From an uncultured Polyangiaceae bacterium (GTDB lineage: Bacteria > Acidobacteriota > Thermoanaerobaculia > Multivoradales > JAHEKO01), in assembly GCA_964195975.1 (NCBI GenBank), contig CAXMQZ010000126.1, positions 14,985 through 78,984 of the forward strand: a stretch of 64,000 bases of DNA, written 5' to 3'. Shown here piece by piece: positions 1 to 9,022 of the stretch. Both the position numbers and the translations under genes were made by a program. Position 1 is the first letter of the stretch. The number at the start of each line of letters is the position of its first letter. The notes under the pieces were generated by a model, which saw only the letters and a list, made by a program, of their open reading frames with translations, made no database searches and had not been told where the DNA came from.

Positions 1-537
1 CGATCTATCTCCAAGCGCTTCGATCCTCTCGCCGAGACGAGCCTCGGCACCCATCTCGACCGCACGCTCCAGTAACCAACGGGCCGCCAGCGGTGGATAC
101 ACAACTCGATCCCCCGGCACCCGCAGGGCACCGGCCAGACCCTCGCGCAGCTCCGGCTCGAGCTCGACCAGCTCCTTGCCAGATAGAACCTCTACCTCGA
201 CGGCTCGCTCGCTGTAGTAGTCGGCCTTCTGGCGTACGAGCTCGAGCTCGTCCTGATCGGCCGCGATCCAGAGAGTCCCGCACGGATCGTCCTCCCAGAG
301 CGGGCCGACTCCCTGGGCCAACTCACTCCAGAGAGACCTCGAATAGAAAGTCAACGCAAACTGCGCCGGCGAGTCGTCCATCACAACGATGTGCCCCATG
401 CCGGCAGCGGTAGCACCTCCGCCCGCAAAGCTCTCATCCACCACTAGAGTAGAGACGCCATCCAGGGCCAGATAGTAAGCACAAGCCGCGCCGACAATCC
501 CTGCGCCGACGACTACGACTTCGGGGCTTGCTGTCAT
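1..537 (-). CDS. FAD-dependent oxidoreductase, D-amino-acid / D-hydroxyproline dehydrogenase-like. The N-terminus is at 537 and the 3' end runs off the window.
   Basis: The minus-strand frame is open from the ATG at 537 down to base 1 and not beyond; I translated it by hand. The N-terminus MTASPEVVVVGAGIVGAACAYYLALDG is a classic GxGxxG Rossmann FAD-binding motif. The start codon abuts the stop of the upstream epimerase gene. This ORF is absent from the six-frame track because it is truncated by the window edge. Confidence 0.7.
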   Translation of the reverse strand, partial: MTASPEVVVVGAGIVGAACAYYLALDGVSTLVVDESFAGGGATAAGMGHIVVMDDSPAQFALTFYSRSLWSELAQGVGPLWEDDPCGTLWIAADQDELELVRQKADYYSERAVEVEVLSGKELVELEPELREGLAGALRVPGDRVVYPPLAARWLLERAVEMGAEARLGERIEALGDRS

Positions 538-538
538 A

Positions 539-1495
539 TCAGGTGCTCGATCCGGAGAAACCATTCCGAAAAAGATCGTCGTGGGCGAAAAAAAGCTTGT
601 TGTGCCCTGTAATCCAGGCCCTGCCCCGTATGTGGGGCACCAGTTCGTGGTCAGACTCCGTCAGCCAGCCAACGAATCGGCCCCCTGTAATGCTCTCCTG
701 GCGCCATTGCTGACCAAGCTCGAGCTCGCCTCGTGCGTGAAGCACCGCCATCTTCGCCGAAGTACCAGTGCCACAAGGTGAACGATCGTATTCACCACCA
801 GGACAAAGGACAAAGTTGCGGCTATCCGCATCCGCTCGTTCGGGAGGTCCAAAGAGCTCGATGTGATCGATCACACCCTCCTCTCCGATCAGTTGAGAGC
901 GATCCAGCGCCCGGCGGATGTTTCCAGTCGTCTGCAGCAGCTCTGCCAGGTTCTCGAGGACGAGTGCCGGCCCTGTGAGATGAGCCAAAAAAAACCAGTT
1001 CCCTCCCCAGGCGATATCGCCCGTGACAGCGCCCACCCCGTCCACTTCGATCTCCACGTCGAGGCTGCGACAGAACGAGACCACATTCTGAACCGTCACC
1101 GAACCATCCTCTTCAATCTGAGCCGATACCGTACCCACCGGAGTATCGATTCGTACGAGTCGAGAGTCGAGTCGGCCAAGATACTCGAGCGTCCGGACAA
1201 CGCCAATCAACCCATGACCGCACATACCGAGATAACCGACATTGTTGAAAAAGACGACTCCAGCGACCGAATCCGCCTCGACGGGAGGGGTCAAGAGCGC
1301 TCCGACGATCGCATCATGCCCTCTCGGTTCGCAAACGATCGCCTGTCGCAAATGGTCGAAGTCGGTCTCGATCGCCACCCGACTCTCTTGCATCGTGGCA
1401 CCGATAAGCTCGGGCCAACCGTCTACTATGACTCTAGTGGGCTCACCTTCGGTGTGCGAATCGACGACCTCGATACTGTCAGGAAAATTCGGCAT
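539..1495 (-). CDS. Proline racemase family enzyme, Cys/Cys type (likely 4-hydroxyproline 2-epimerase)
   Basis: Both catalytic cysteine motifs are present (GMCGHG and SPCGTGTSAKMA). It is 318 aa. It sits immediately upstream of the FAD dehydrogenase with a 1-nt gap, which is the arrangement typical of D-Hyp catabolism. Confidence 0.85.
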   Translation of the reverse strand: MPNFPDSIEVVDSHTEGEPTRVIVDGWPELIGATMQESRVAIETDFDHLRQAIVCEPRGHDAIVGALLTPPVEADSVAGVVFFNNVGYLGMCGHGLIGVVRTLEYLGRLDSRLVRIDTPVGTVSAQIEEDGSVTVQNVVSFCRSLDVEIEVDGVGAVTGDIAWGGNWFFLAHLTGPALVLENLAELLQTTGNIRRALDRSQLIGEEGVIDHIELFGPPERADADSRNFVLCPGGEYDRSPCGTGTSAKMAVLHARGELELGQQWRQESITGGRFVGWLTESDHELVPHIRGRAWITGHNKLFFAHDDLFRNGFSGSST

Positions 1496-1677
1496 TCTCG
1501 GTTTCGGATTCGAACTCTGAGGATCTAGGATTCCGTAGCGATCTTAGCAGCGGGCCATAGGAGCAGATTTGTTAAGCGACGATTGTATAGACTCTGAGTT
1601 TCAAGGATCGATTCACCAACCGTTCGGGTATGTCGCAGGCTGCCTGATCGACAGGTTCGATCGAAGGGGGCGAAGGA

Positions 1678-3066
1678 ATGCTGACTGCCGAGACCTTTAT
1701 CGAACGAAGAGAACAGTTGAGCAAGGAGATCGACTCCGGTCTGATCCTGTTGCTTGGTCACGGCGAAAGTCCGATGAACTACGCCGATAACGTCTATCCG
1801 TTTCGGCAAGACGGATCGTTTCTCTACTACGCGGGTCTGAGCTCACCAGGGATGGCAGCACTCCTGGACATCGAAGAAGACGTTTGGGAGCTTTTTGGCC
1901 ACGATCCGACCATGGACGACATCATCTGGACCGGTCCGCAGCCGTCGCTGTTCGAGCGCGGCGCACTGGTCGGATTTGAAGACTGTCGACCTTTTACCGA
2001 GCTGCCGGATCACCTCTCGACCGCGGTTCAGACTGGCCGCACGGTGCACTATCTCCCCACCTGCCGTGCCGACACGGTTTTCAAGCTGGGTGAGTTCCTC
2101 GAGATTCCAGATCGCGACGTCGAAAAGGTTGCTTCCAAAGAGTTGATCCAGGCCGTCATTGCACAACGATCGATCAAGAACGATGAAGAGATCGAGGAGA
2201 TCGAGAGTGCGCTCGATCTAACCTGGGAGATGCACACCCTTGCAATGCGTCTTGCCAGACCTGGGATGAAGGAGCAAGAAGTCGTCGGTGCGGTCGACGG
2301 TCTTCTCGGATCCAAGGGCTCGGCATTGGCTTTCCCGATGATCTTCTCGGTTCGGGGCGAAGTCTTGCACAACCATAGTCACGACAATGTCATGGCACCG
2401 GGAGACCTGGCCCTGTTCGACGCAGGCGCCATGTCCGAGACTCACTACGCCAGTGACATCACTCGAACATTCCCGGTGGGGGAACCCTTCTCTCCTCGCC
2501 AGCGCGACATCTATGAGGTAGTCCTGGCGGCGCAACTGGCCGCAATCGAAGCCATGGCGCCGGAAGTTCGTTTCGAGGACCTCCACGTTCTCGCCGCCAA
2601 GACCCTCACAGAGGGTCTAAAAGAGCTCGGTCTGATGAAGGGAGATGTCGACTCGGCAGTAGAACAGGGCGCCCACGCTCTGTTCTTCCCCCACGGTCTG
2701 GGTCACATGATGGGACTCGATGTGCACGACATGGAAGGCCTGGGCGAAGACCTCGTGGGGTACGACGACACGGTCAAGCGGAGCCCGCAATTTGGACGCA
2801 GCTTTCTTCGTCTAGCAAAGAAGCTCGAGCCGGGCCATGTAGTCACCGTCGAGCCAGGTTGCTATTTTATTCCGGAGCTGATCGACCAGTGGAAGGGAGA
2901 AGGCAAGCTCGCAGACTTTATCGAGTACGACGCATTGGAGAGCTGGCTCGACTTTGGCGGAGTCCGACTCGAAGACGACGTCGTCGTCACCGCCGACGGT
3001 CACCGTGTCCTGGGCAAACCGATTCCAAAGACCGTAGCTGAGGTCGAACAACTGGTGTCGAGCTGA
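1678..3066 (+). CDS. Xaa-Pro aminopeptidase / prolidase (M24B family)
   Basis: It has an M24 pita-bread metal-ligand region (HGLGHMMGLDVHD, VEPGCYF, VRLEDDVVVT) and the N-terminal creatinase-like domain. It is 462 aa. Confidence 0.85.
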   Translation: MLTAETFIERREQLSKEIDSGLILLLGHGESPMNYADNVYPFRQDGSFLYYAGLSSPGMAALLDIEEDVWELFGHDPTMDDIIWTGPQPSLFERGALVGFEDCRPFTELPDHLSTAVQTGRTVHYLPTCRADTVFKLGEFLEIPDRDVEKVASKELIQAVIAQRSIKNDEEIEEIESALDLTWEMHTLAMRLARPGMKEQEVVGAVDGLLGSKGSALAFPMIFSVRGEVLHNHSHDNVMAPGDLALFDAGAMSETHYASDITRTFPVGEPFSPRQRDIYEVVLAAQLAAIEAMAPEVRFEDLHVLAAKTLTEGLKELGLMKGDVDSAVEQGAHALFFPHGLGHMMGLDVHDMEGLGEDLVGYDDTVKRSPQFGRSFLRLAKKLEPGHVVTVEPGCYFIPELIDQWKGEGKLADFIEYDALESWLDFGGVRLEDDVVVTADGHRVLGKPIPKTVAEVEQLVSS

Positions 3067-3097
3067 CGCCTCGGAGCGTTGCCCAAGGTGCAACCGC

Positions 3098-4828
3098 TCA
3101 GGGCACGACACTCGACCAGGCGTTGGTGTTTCCACTCTCGAACCCATCGGTAAAGATCTCCGCAGGTGGCCCCGGTGGGCCGAGGAATCCGAAGCAGAGA
3201 TCGTTGTCGCCAGGGTCCCCTACCCCGCCGCATAAGGAATGTGTGGTCCACGAAGTACACCCGGTACCAAATGCATCGGTGGTGTCCTGCCACTCGTAGG
3301 GGTCGCCGTTGGACGAGAAGCCGTTCGGTGCCCAGTTCCACTGTTGTTGGTTTGGCCCTGGATCCAGGTCCATCCTGGCTTGAGCCGTAAACCAGTAGGT
3401 GCCTGGACCGAGATTACAGGGCGACGACAGATCGATCATGAAATCTCCATTAGCCAAACCAGATGTCGGATTCTGTGCCGGGCGAGAGCATGCCACGGTT
3501 CCGGGTGAAGCACCGTCGTTATAGAACGTGACGTTGACTGAGCTCGCTGGACCTCCGTTGTTTACATAAATTCCTCTGGCTGAGACTGTCTCGATCGACC
3601 AGGTTTCCCCCGGGGGAACCACAAAGTCGTCGGCCGCCTCGACACCGATGCCGATATCGGTGAAGAACTGGCTGATGGCTGTGGATCCAAAACACCCAGA
3701 TGCCTGGTTGAACAAGACCGTGGGTCCGATCAACCCACCGCCCTGACAAGACGCCGTCGTCGTCCACCCCATGTCTTCGAACATACATAGCGCGATGTCA
3801 CCAGGGTCCTGAATCGCTTCCGACAAGGCAAGGATTGGAGTCATCAACGAATCCAGATCGCCAGGTGGAAATACGAGCTCATCGAGGTGAGAGTAGGTCG
3901 AGCCAGGTTCGGCCGGGTTTGGAGCGTAGAGCTCGGGCCGGACTCCTCCGTTCGCACCTGTGGCTCCGGGTGAATCGAAAAAAATGTTGCCGCCGGTGAG
4001 CTCGTCTCCCAGAGCCACGGAATTCTGTGGCATGCTTGTCAAAGCCGTCCCCGCTCCATTTTCGGCGTAACGGTCAAAAATGTCGGGGTTAACAGGGTTA
4101 CCTCTCCCAAAGCAGCCTACTCCGTTGACTCCGTTGCATTCTGCGGCACCCGTGCCATCATCTACCCGCATCGATCCCGAAAAACCCAGACCGTGGCCGA
4201 GCTCGTGTAGGACCACCGTCACGAGATCGAACTGACCCGCTGGGGTATTGCCGTCGAGTCCGAGATACCAGTTGGGTAGATTGCTGGCAAAGTTCGCCAC
4301 GATGTCGAAGTCGATCGGATCCAGATCGGCGCCAGTCAGAGCATCGGCCAGCGCCGATGGAAACCAAAAGTCCATGACGGGTGCTCCCAGGAAATTTCGC
4401 CAACGCGAACTGGCCCCTGCCGAACCGAGGACTCCGGGGTTGAGGGGCGTCCAGTTCGCCTGGACCCGAATGGTCTGATTCGACTCCAGCACCGAAGCCC
4501 AGATATCGACCGCCGCTTGAAAGGCCGCTTGAGCCTGCGGTGAGAAGCCGATGTAGGTTACGTCGAAGTTTGCAGGTACCGCCCCGGGTACGTCACGTAG
4601 AGGCTGACGCTGGCGAGGTGCTACCCGGCTGTATGCGTTGTAGTCGCCTGCTTTCAACACGATGAGCTGACCAGGCGCCTTTTCGACCCGCATGCTGCCG
4701 GAGTCGCCAGCTAGCGCTTGCGCGCCCACAGCCGAAGGGCCTAGCGCCAAAATCACCGCCACAAATGAGACCCAGGCTAGAGTCCGTAGTCGCAGCATCA
4801 GAAAACACCGAACATTCTCGAGAGTCAT
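3098..4828 (-). CDS. Secreted zinc metalloprotease with an HExxHxxGF motif (leishmanolysin/M8-like or related), plus a C-terminal Gly/Asn-rich domain
   Basis: The N-terminal signal peptide is MTLENVRCFLMLRLRTLAWVSFVAVILALGPSAVGAQA. The zinc site is VVLHELGHGLGFSGS. The C-terminal region is Cys-paired and Gly-rich. Confidence 0.55.
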   Translation of the reverse strand: MTLENVRCFLMLRLRTLAWVSFVAVILALGPSAVGAQALAGDSGSMRVEKAPGQLIVLKAGDYNAYSRVAPRQRQPLRDVPGAVPANFDVTYIGFSPQAQAAFQAAVDIWASVLESNQTIRVQANWTPLNPGVLGSAGASSRWRNFLGAPVMDFWFPSALADALTGADLDPIDFDIVANFASNLPNWYLGLDGNTPAGQFDLVTVVLHELGHGLGFSGSMRVDDGTGAAECNGVNGVGCFGRGNPVNPDIFDRYAENGAGTALTSMPQNSVALGDELTGGNIFFDSPGATGANGGVRPELYAPNPAEPGSTYSHLDELVFPPGDLDSLMTPILALSEAIQDPGDIALCMFEDMGWTTTASCQGGGLIGPTVLFNQASGCFGSTAISQFFTDIGIGVEAADDFVVPPGETWSIETVSARGIYVNNGGPASSVNVTFYNDGASPGTVACSRPAQNPTSGLANGDFMIDLSSPCNLGPGTYWFTAQARMDLDPGPNQQQWNWAPNGFSSNGDPYEWQDTTDAFGTGCTSWTTHSLCGGVGDPGDNDLCFGFLGPPGPPAEIFTDGFESGNTNAWSSVVP

Positions 4829-4960
4829 AGCAGCATCTCCTTGATCCAGGCACCACGCGGCAGGTTCCGATCGCCGCTCAGAAATTGCTCACAGAGTCAC
4901 GTTAGTTCGAATCGGACTATACCAGACGCTTTTGCGCTTCCCGCTCTCAGTTACTAGGTC

Positions 4961-7717
4961 TCAGTTGCCCAGATCGAGCCGCACGCAGCGCTCCGCCTCT
5001 TGGCGAGTCTCGAGAAGGGCTCGCTCAATGGGTGAGGCCAGTTGATCCCGCTGTTCGAGCAACTTGGAGATCTGGTCGACCGCACTCTGGCTACAAGTGT
5101 TTCTCAAGAGTCCGTATCCATAGCTACTCAAGAAGTAGGCGTCGCGGCTCCGGCTCATCTCGGGGATCGGAGCAAGCACCTCTCCTAGTAGCGAGTTTTG
5201 GATCTCGGTCTGATGGGCCGGAAAGAGTGACGACATCGCTTGACGCTGCTGCCCGAAAGGCATCGATTCGGTTGTCTTTTGAAACTCGTCGAGCCAAGCC
5301 TGTTTTGTCACCAGATCGGGCCGCACGGCCTCGACCGCAATTGCCCAGAGTTTCCCCGAGTACGAGGCGTCCCTGTCTTTTTCTCTATCGGTCAGTCTTG
5401 GCACCGATTCGTGGTTCCAGGAGGCCAGCTGCACGAGGACCTCCCAGCGACGGTCCTGGTCGATCTCGAGCCCTTGGATCTTCTCCTTGCTGTCGAGTAG
5501 CTCTGCTAGTCGTTTCAGAACCGACTCGGTGTGAGCCGCAGAGACAAAATGATCAAACCAGACCTTCTGGAGATCCGATCCAGCCAGTGCACGTTGGGTT
5601 CCGGCCCACAGAAACTCCTCGATTCTTGGACCGTAAACACGAACCACCGATCGGGACTCTGGTTGACGACGGTGCATGAAGTCCAACGTGCTGTCGAGGT
5701 AGTCGAGCACCTGAGCCACCACTCTCACGTCGGTTTCAGTCCCCAGGAGATCCAGAATCACCCCCGCAAATCGCGTCAGCTCCAGCTCCCCCGAATTGAC
5801 CATGTCCCAGAGCGATCCCCACATCATCGAGCGGGCAAGTGCATCATCGATCTGCGACAAAGAGCGCTCCAAGGCAGTCAGACTTTGCGCATCGAGACGG
5901 ATCCGGAAATAGCCCCAGTCATCGTGGTTGGGAAACACGATATCTGGGCACGGCTTGCCGACCGCTGAGGTGAGATCGATCGAGTCTCCGGTAAGCCGTA
6001 GTGGAACGACCCCATCGAGCTCTACTCCGTTGTGCTCATCGACCGAATAAAGTGCGAGCTCGGCGCGGTGGGCGCGAACGGTCGGCAACGCTCCCGGACC
6101 CGTCTGCCACACCTCGAGCCGCGAGAGCTCACCGGCGGCGCACTCGGTCCTTGCGGCAACGGTGTCGAATCCGGCGGTATCGAGCCACTGCCGGCTCCAC
6201 TCGTCCAGGCTCTGACCCGAGGCCTCACCGATAGCTCTGATGAAGTCCTCGAGCCTTGTGTTGCTGTAGGCATGTTGTTTCAAGTACTTGCGAACGCCAT
6301 CCCGAAAATCGGCCTCACCAACAGAATAGGACAGCTGTTTTAGAACCGAAGCTCCTTTGCCATAGGTAATGGCGTCGAAGACCTCGAAAAAATCTGCCGT
6401 GTTGTTCACGGGAACCTCGATTGGATGTGTCGTCACCAATCCGTCCGCGTGATAGGCGCTGCGTTTGGAATGGAGATAGAAACTGTGCCACGCATCCTCG
6501 AACTCAGTAGCTTCGACCTTCGCCATCGTCGCCATCAGCGTCGCGAAACTCTCGTTCAGCCAGAGACCGTTCCACCACTTCTTGGTCACCAGATCTCCGA
6601 ACCACATGTGCGCCATCTCATGCAGGATGACGCCGGCCAGACTCTCACGCTGCGACTGAGTCGCCTCGCCTCGCCATACATACCCTTCCGTAAAGGTGAC
6701 CGCGGCAGCGTTTTCCATCGCCCCAATATTGAAGTCGGGAACGATCAGTTGGTCGTACTTTCCAAACGGATAGGGGATATCGAAATACCGCTGGTAAAAC
6801 GCCAAACCCTGCCGCGTGTAAGTGAACCAAGCATCGACGTCAACGGCTTCGGCCAGTGATTGTCGGGCAAAAAGCCGTAAAGGAATCTTGCCTGCCTTCG
6901 ATTCCCACATCCGGTAAGGACCGGCATGCAGCGAGTAGATGTAGGTGCTCAGCGGCGCCGACTCCGGGAATTGCCAGATTTGGGAGGTGCCGTCACCTGT
7001 CCTTGTCTCGATCTGGTTCTCCCGAGTTGTGGACACCACAGTCCAATCTGCGGGTGCCTTGACCGAGATCTGGAACCGGGCCTTCAGATCAGGTTGATCA
7101 AAACAGGGGAAGACTCGATTCGCGTAGTACGGCCAGAGATAGCTATAGACATACGACCGGCTATCGACGGGGTCTTCGAATCGGTACAGCCCTGTTCCAT
7201 CATCGCTGTAGGGATGCTCGAAACGGATCTCGACTGTGTTAGCGCCGGACTTCAGCAACGTCGGGTCGATGGACAGAAAGTACCCGTTGTAATCGGCCTC
7301 GCGCCGATGATCGTTGATGATCAGCGATTCGACATTGCCCTGAGAGAAATCCAATGTCAGCGGGGCGCGACCCGGTCGATAGTCGAAGTCGATCCGCACC
7401 GATCCTTCAAAAACCTCTTTGCCGGTCAGATCGAGATCGATCCGGTAGTGAATATCGCCGACCCTCTCGGCACGTCGAATCGCCTCCTTCTCAGAGAGCC
7501 AGTCGGCAGTCTCTCGCGGCGTGGAGGTCTGCGAATCGACCTTCGGCTCGGTGCTGCCGGCACCGCCACTCGGCGTGGCGACCATGGCCCAGACACCTAT
7601 CAGTACGATCCACACTGGGCGGCTGGGAGTGTGTTGAATCAAATCAGGTCCGATAATGGGCTCGAGTTTTGAATGTTTCTTCTGAGGATGCTCGAGGGGC
7701 GCGGCAACCAAACGCAT
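4961..7717 (-). CDS. pepN: Aminopeptidase N (M1 family) with an N-terminal membrane/signal extension
   Basis: It carries the GAMENAAAVTF exopeptidase motif, the HEMAHMWFGDLVT zinc-binding motif and the downstream WLNESFA motif. It is 918 aa. Confidence 0.85.
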   Translation of the reverse strand: MRLVAAPLEHPQKKHSKLEPIIGPDLIQHTPSRPVWIVLIGVWAMVATPSGGAGSTEPKVDSQTSTPRETADWLSEKEAIRRAERVGDIHYRIDLDLTGKEVFEGSVRIDFDYRPGRAPLTLDFSQGNVESLIINDHRREADYNGYFLSIDPTLLKSGANTVEIRFEHPYSDDGTGLYRFEDPVDSRSYVYSYLWPYYANRVFPCFDQPDLKARFQISVKAPADWTVVSTTRENQIETRTGDGTSQIWQFPESAPLSTYIYSLHAGPYRMWESKAGKIPLRLFARQSLAEAVDVDAWFTYTRQGLAFYQRYFDIPYPFGKYDQLIVPDFNIGAMENAAAVTFTEGYVWRGEATQSQRESLAGVILHEMAHMWFGDLVTKKWWNGLWLNESFATLMATMAKVEATEFEDAWHSFYLHSKRSAYHADGLVTTHPIEVPVNNTADFFEVFDAITYGKGASVLKQLSYSVGEADFRDGVRKYLKQHAYSNTRLEDFIRAIGEASGQSLDEWSRQWLDTAGFDTVAARTECAAGELSRLEVWQTGPGALPTVRAHRAELALYSVDEHNGVELDGVVPLRLTGDSIDLTSAVGKPCPDIVFPNHDDWGYFRIRLDAQSLTALERSLSQIDDALARSMMWGSLWDMVNSGELELTRFAGVILDLLGTETDVRVVAQVLDYLDSTLDFMHRRQPESRSVVRVYGPRIEEFLWAGTQRALAGSDLQKVWFDHFVSAAHTESVLKRLAELLDSKEKIQGLEIDQDRRWEVLVQLASWNHESVPRLTDREKDRDASYSGKLWAIAVEAVRPDLVTKQAWLDEFQKTTESMPFGQQRQAMSSLFPAHQTEIQNSLLGEVLAPIPEMSRSRDAYFLSSYGYGLLRNTCSQSAVDQISKLLEQRDQLASPIERALLETRQEAERCVRLDLGN

Positions 7718-7783
7718 TCTAGCCCGCGCGCACTATTTCGTGGGACTCATGAACAATGAGGGCTATCCGAGCCCGAGGGGTGT

Positions 7784-7813
7784 GACAGTCATCATTTTCT
7801 TAGTGGTAGAATA
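7784..7813 (+). promoter_or_regulatory. Putative sigma70-type promoter for the desaturase gene. It has a -35 TGACAG, an 18-bp spacer and an extended -10 TGgTAGAAT.
   Basis: This is the only AT-rich stretch in the 185-bp gap upstream of 7903. The -10 TAGAAT lies at 7808-7813 with TGG immediately upstream. Confidence 0.3.
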
Positions 7814-7902
7814 GGCCTAGGGTAACTTTCAGCTGCCCATTTGGATGGCTGCATAACGTCCAATTCCAGATTAGATATATCGCTCCCCAGGAAAAGTTCA
7901 AA

Positions 7903-8976
7903 GTGAATACGTCAAACATATCGACACCCCCCCATCCCGGACCACCCAATCTCGAGGCGGCCCGTTATTGGAACAAACTGCTGGCGCCCTATCAGAGGTC
8001 GAGCTACGGCAAGGCGGCTTTTCAGCTCATCTCGACCGCAGTGCTGTTCGCCAGCGGCTGGATCGCCATGTACTTCAGCCTCAACGTGTCGTATTGGCTC
8101 ACTCTAGCTCTTGCGATCCCGACCGCCGGGCTCCTGATTCGCTTGTTCATCTTTCAGCATGATTGTGGTCATGGATCTTTTTTCCCATCCAGGCGAGCCA
8201 ACGATTCCGTAGGCTTTGTTCTCGGGGTCCTGATGTTGACGCCTTTCTACTACTGGCAAAGGACACACGCCATCCATCACGGAACCTCCGGCGACCTCGA
8301 CCGCCGTAGCTTCGGAGACATCGAGACTCTCACGGTCAGCGAGTATCTAGCCCTCTCGAAGTTCGACAGGCTCAAGTATCGGATGTATCGAAACCTGTTT
8401 GTCTTACTGGCAGTAGGACCGGCCTTTCAGTTCTTGATCAAACACCGTTTGCCCATCGATATCCCGCGCTCATGGAAACGGGAGTGGAAGAGCATCATGT
8501 GGACCAACTTTGCGGTCCTCATGATCGTGGTTGTGGCATGGCAACTGATTGGTCTCAAGGCATTTCTGATGGTCCAGTTGCCGATCACTCTATTTGCTGG
8601 CGCCATCGGCATGTGGCTTTTCTATGTACAACATCAATTCGAGGACACCTACTGGAAGAACCACGAGGAGTGGGATTTCCACCGGGCAGGCATAGAGGGA
8701 AGCTCCTTCTACGATCTTCCGGCCATTCTCCACTGGTTTACAGGCAACATCGGTTTTCACCATATTCACCATCTGGCCAGCCGGGTCCCGAACTACAACC
8801 TGCAGCGGTGCTACAAAGAGCTTCCAGAGCTCCACGAAGTAACCCGTTTGAGTGTGCTCGAAAGTGTCAAGTGCGCACATCTACAACTCTGGCACGAAGA
8901 GCTCGGGAAGCTGATCAGTATTCGACAGCTGAAGCTGGCCACCGCCGCCGGATCCCAAGGCAACACCTCGAGCTAA
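7903..8976 (+). CDS. Membrane fatty-acid desaturase
   Basis: Three histidine boxes are present (HDCGH, HAIHHGTS, HHIHH), along with multiple transmembrane helices. It is 357 aa. Confidence 0.8.
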   Translation: MNTSNISTPPHPGPPNLEAARYWNKLLAPYQRSSYGKAAFQLISTAVLFASGWIAMYFSLNVSYWLTLALAIPTAGLLIRLFIFQHDCGHGSFFPSRRANDSVGFVLGVLMLTPFYYWQRTHAIHHGTSGDLDRRSFGDIETLTVSEYLALSKFDRLKYRMYRNLFVLLAVGPAFQFLIKHRLPIDIPRSWKREWKSIMWTNFAVLMIVVVAWQLIGLKAFLMVQLPITLFAGAIGMWLFYVQHQFEDTYWKNHEEWDFHRAGIEGSSFYDLPAILHWFTGNIGFHHIHHLASRVPNYNLQRCYKELPELHEVTRLSVLESVKCAHLQLWHEELGKLISIRQLKLATAAGSQGNTSS

Positions 8977-8996
8977 GTCCAACCCTGGGTAGAAGA

Positions 8997-9022
8997 CTAG
9001 TACTCCCGGCCGGGAGTACTAG
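8997..9022. terminator. Perfect 26-bp palindrome CTAGTACTCCCGGCCGGGAGTACTAG. It is the likely bidirectional terminator between the convergent desaturase and mltD genes, and a solo copy of the repeat core found at 41068-41342.
   Basis: The palindrome was read directly from the sequence. Its right-arm CTAG supplies the TAG stop (9019-9021) of mltD. Confidence 0.5.

Noticed and set aside
863-1528. 221-aa plus-strand ORF antisense to the proline-racemase-family gene
   Set aside because: It lies entirely inside a well-supported minus-strand gene with recognisable catalytic motifs. It has no recognisable domain and is typical of high-GC antisense open frames.
5032-7672. Several plus-strand ORFs (5032-5679, 5531-5968, 6926-7672 and others) inside pepN
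   Set aside because: They are antisense to the M1 aminopeptidase, which has the GAMEN/HEXXH motifs. They are Arg/Pro/Ala-rich with low complexity.
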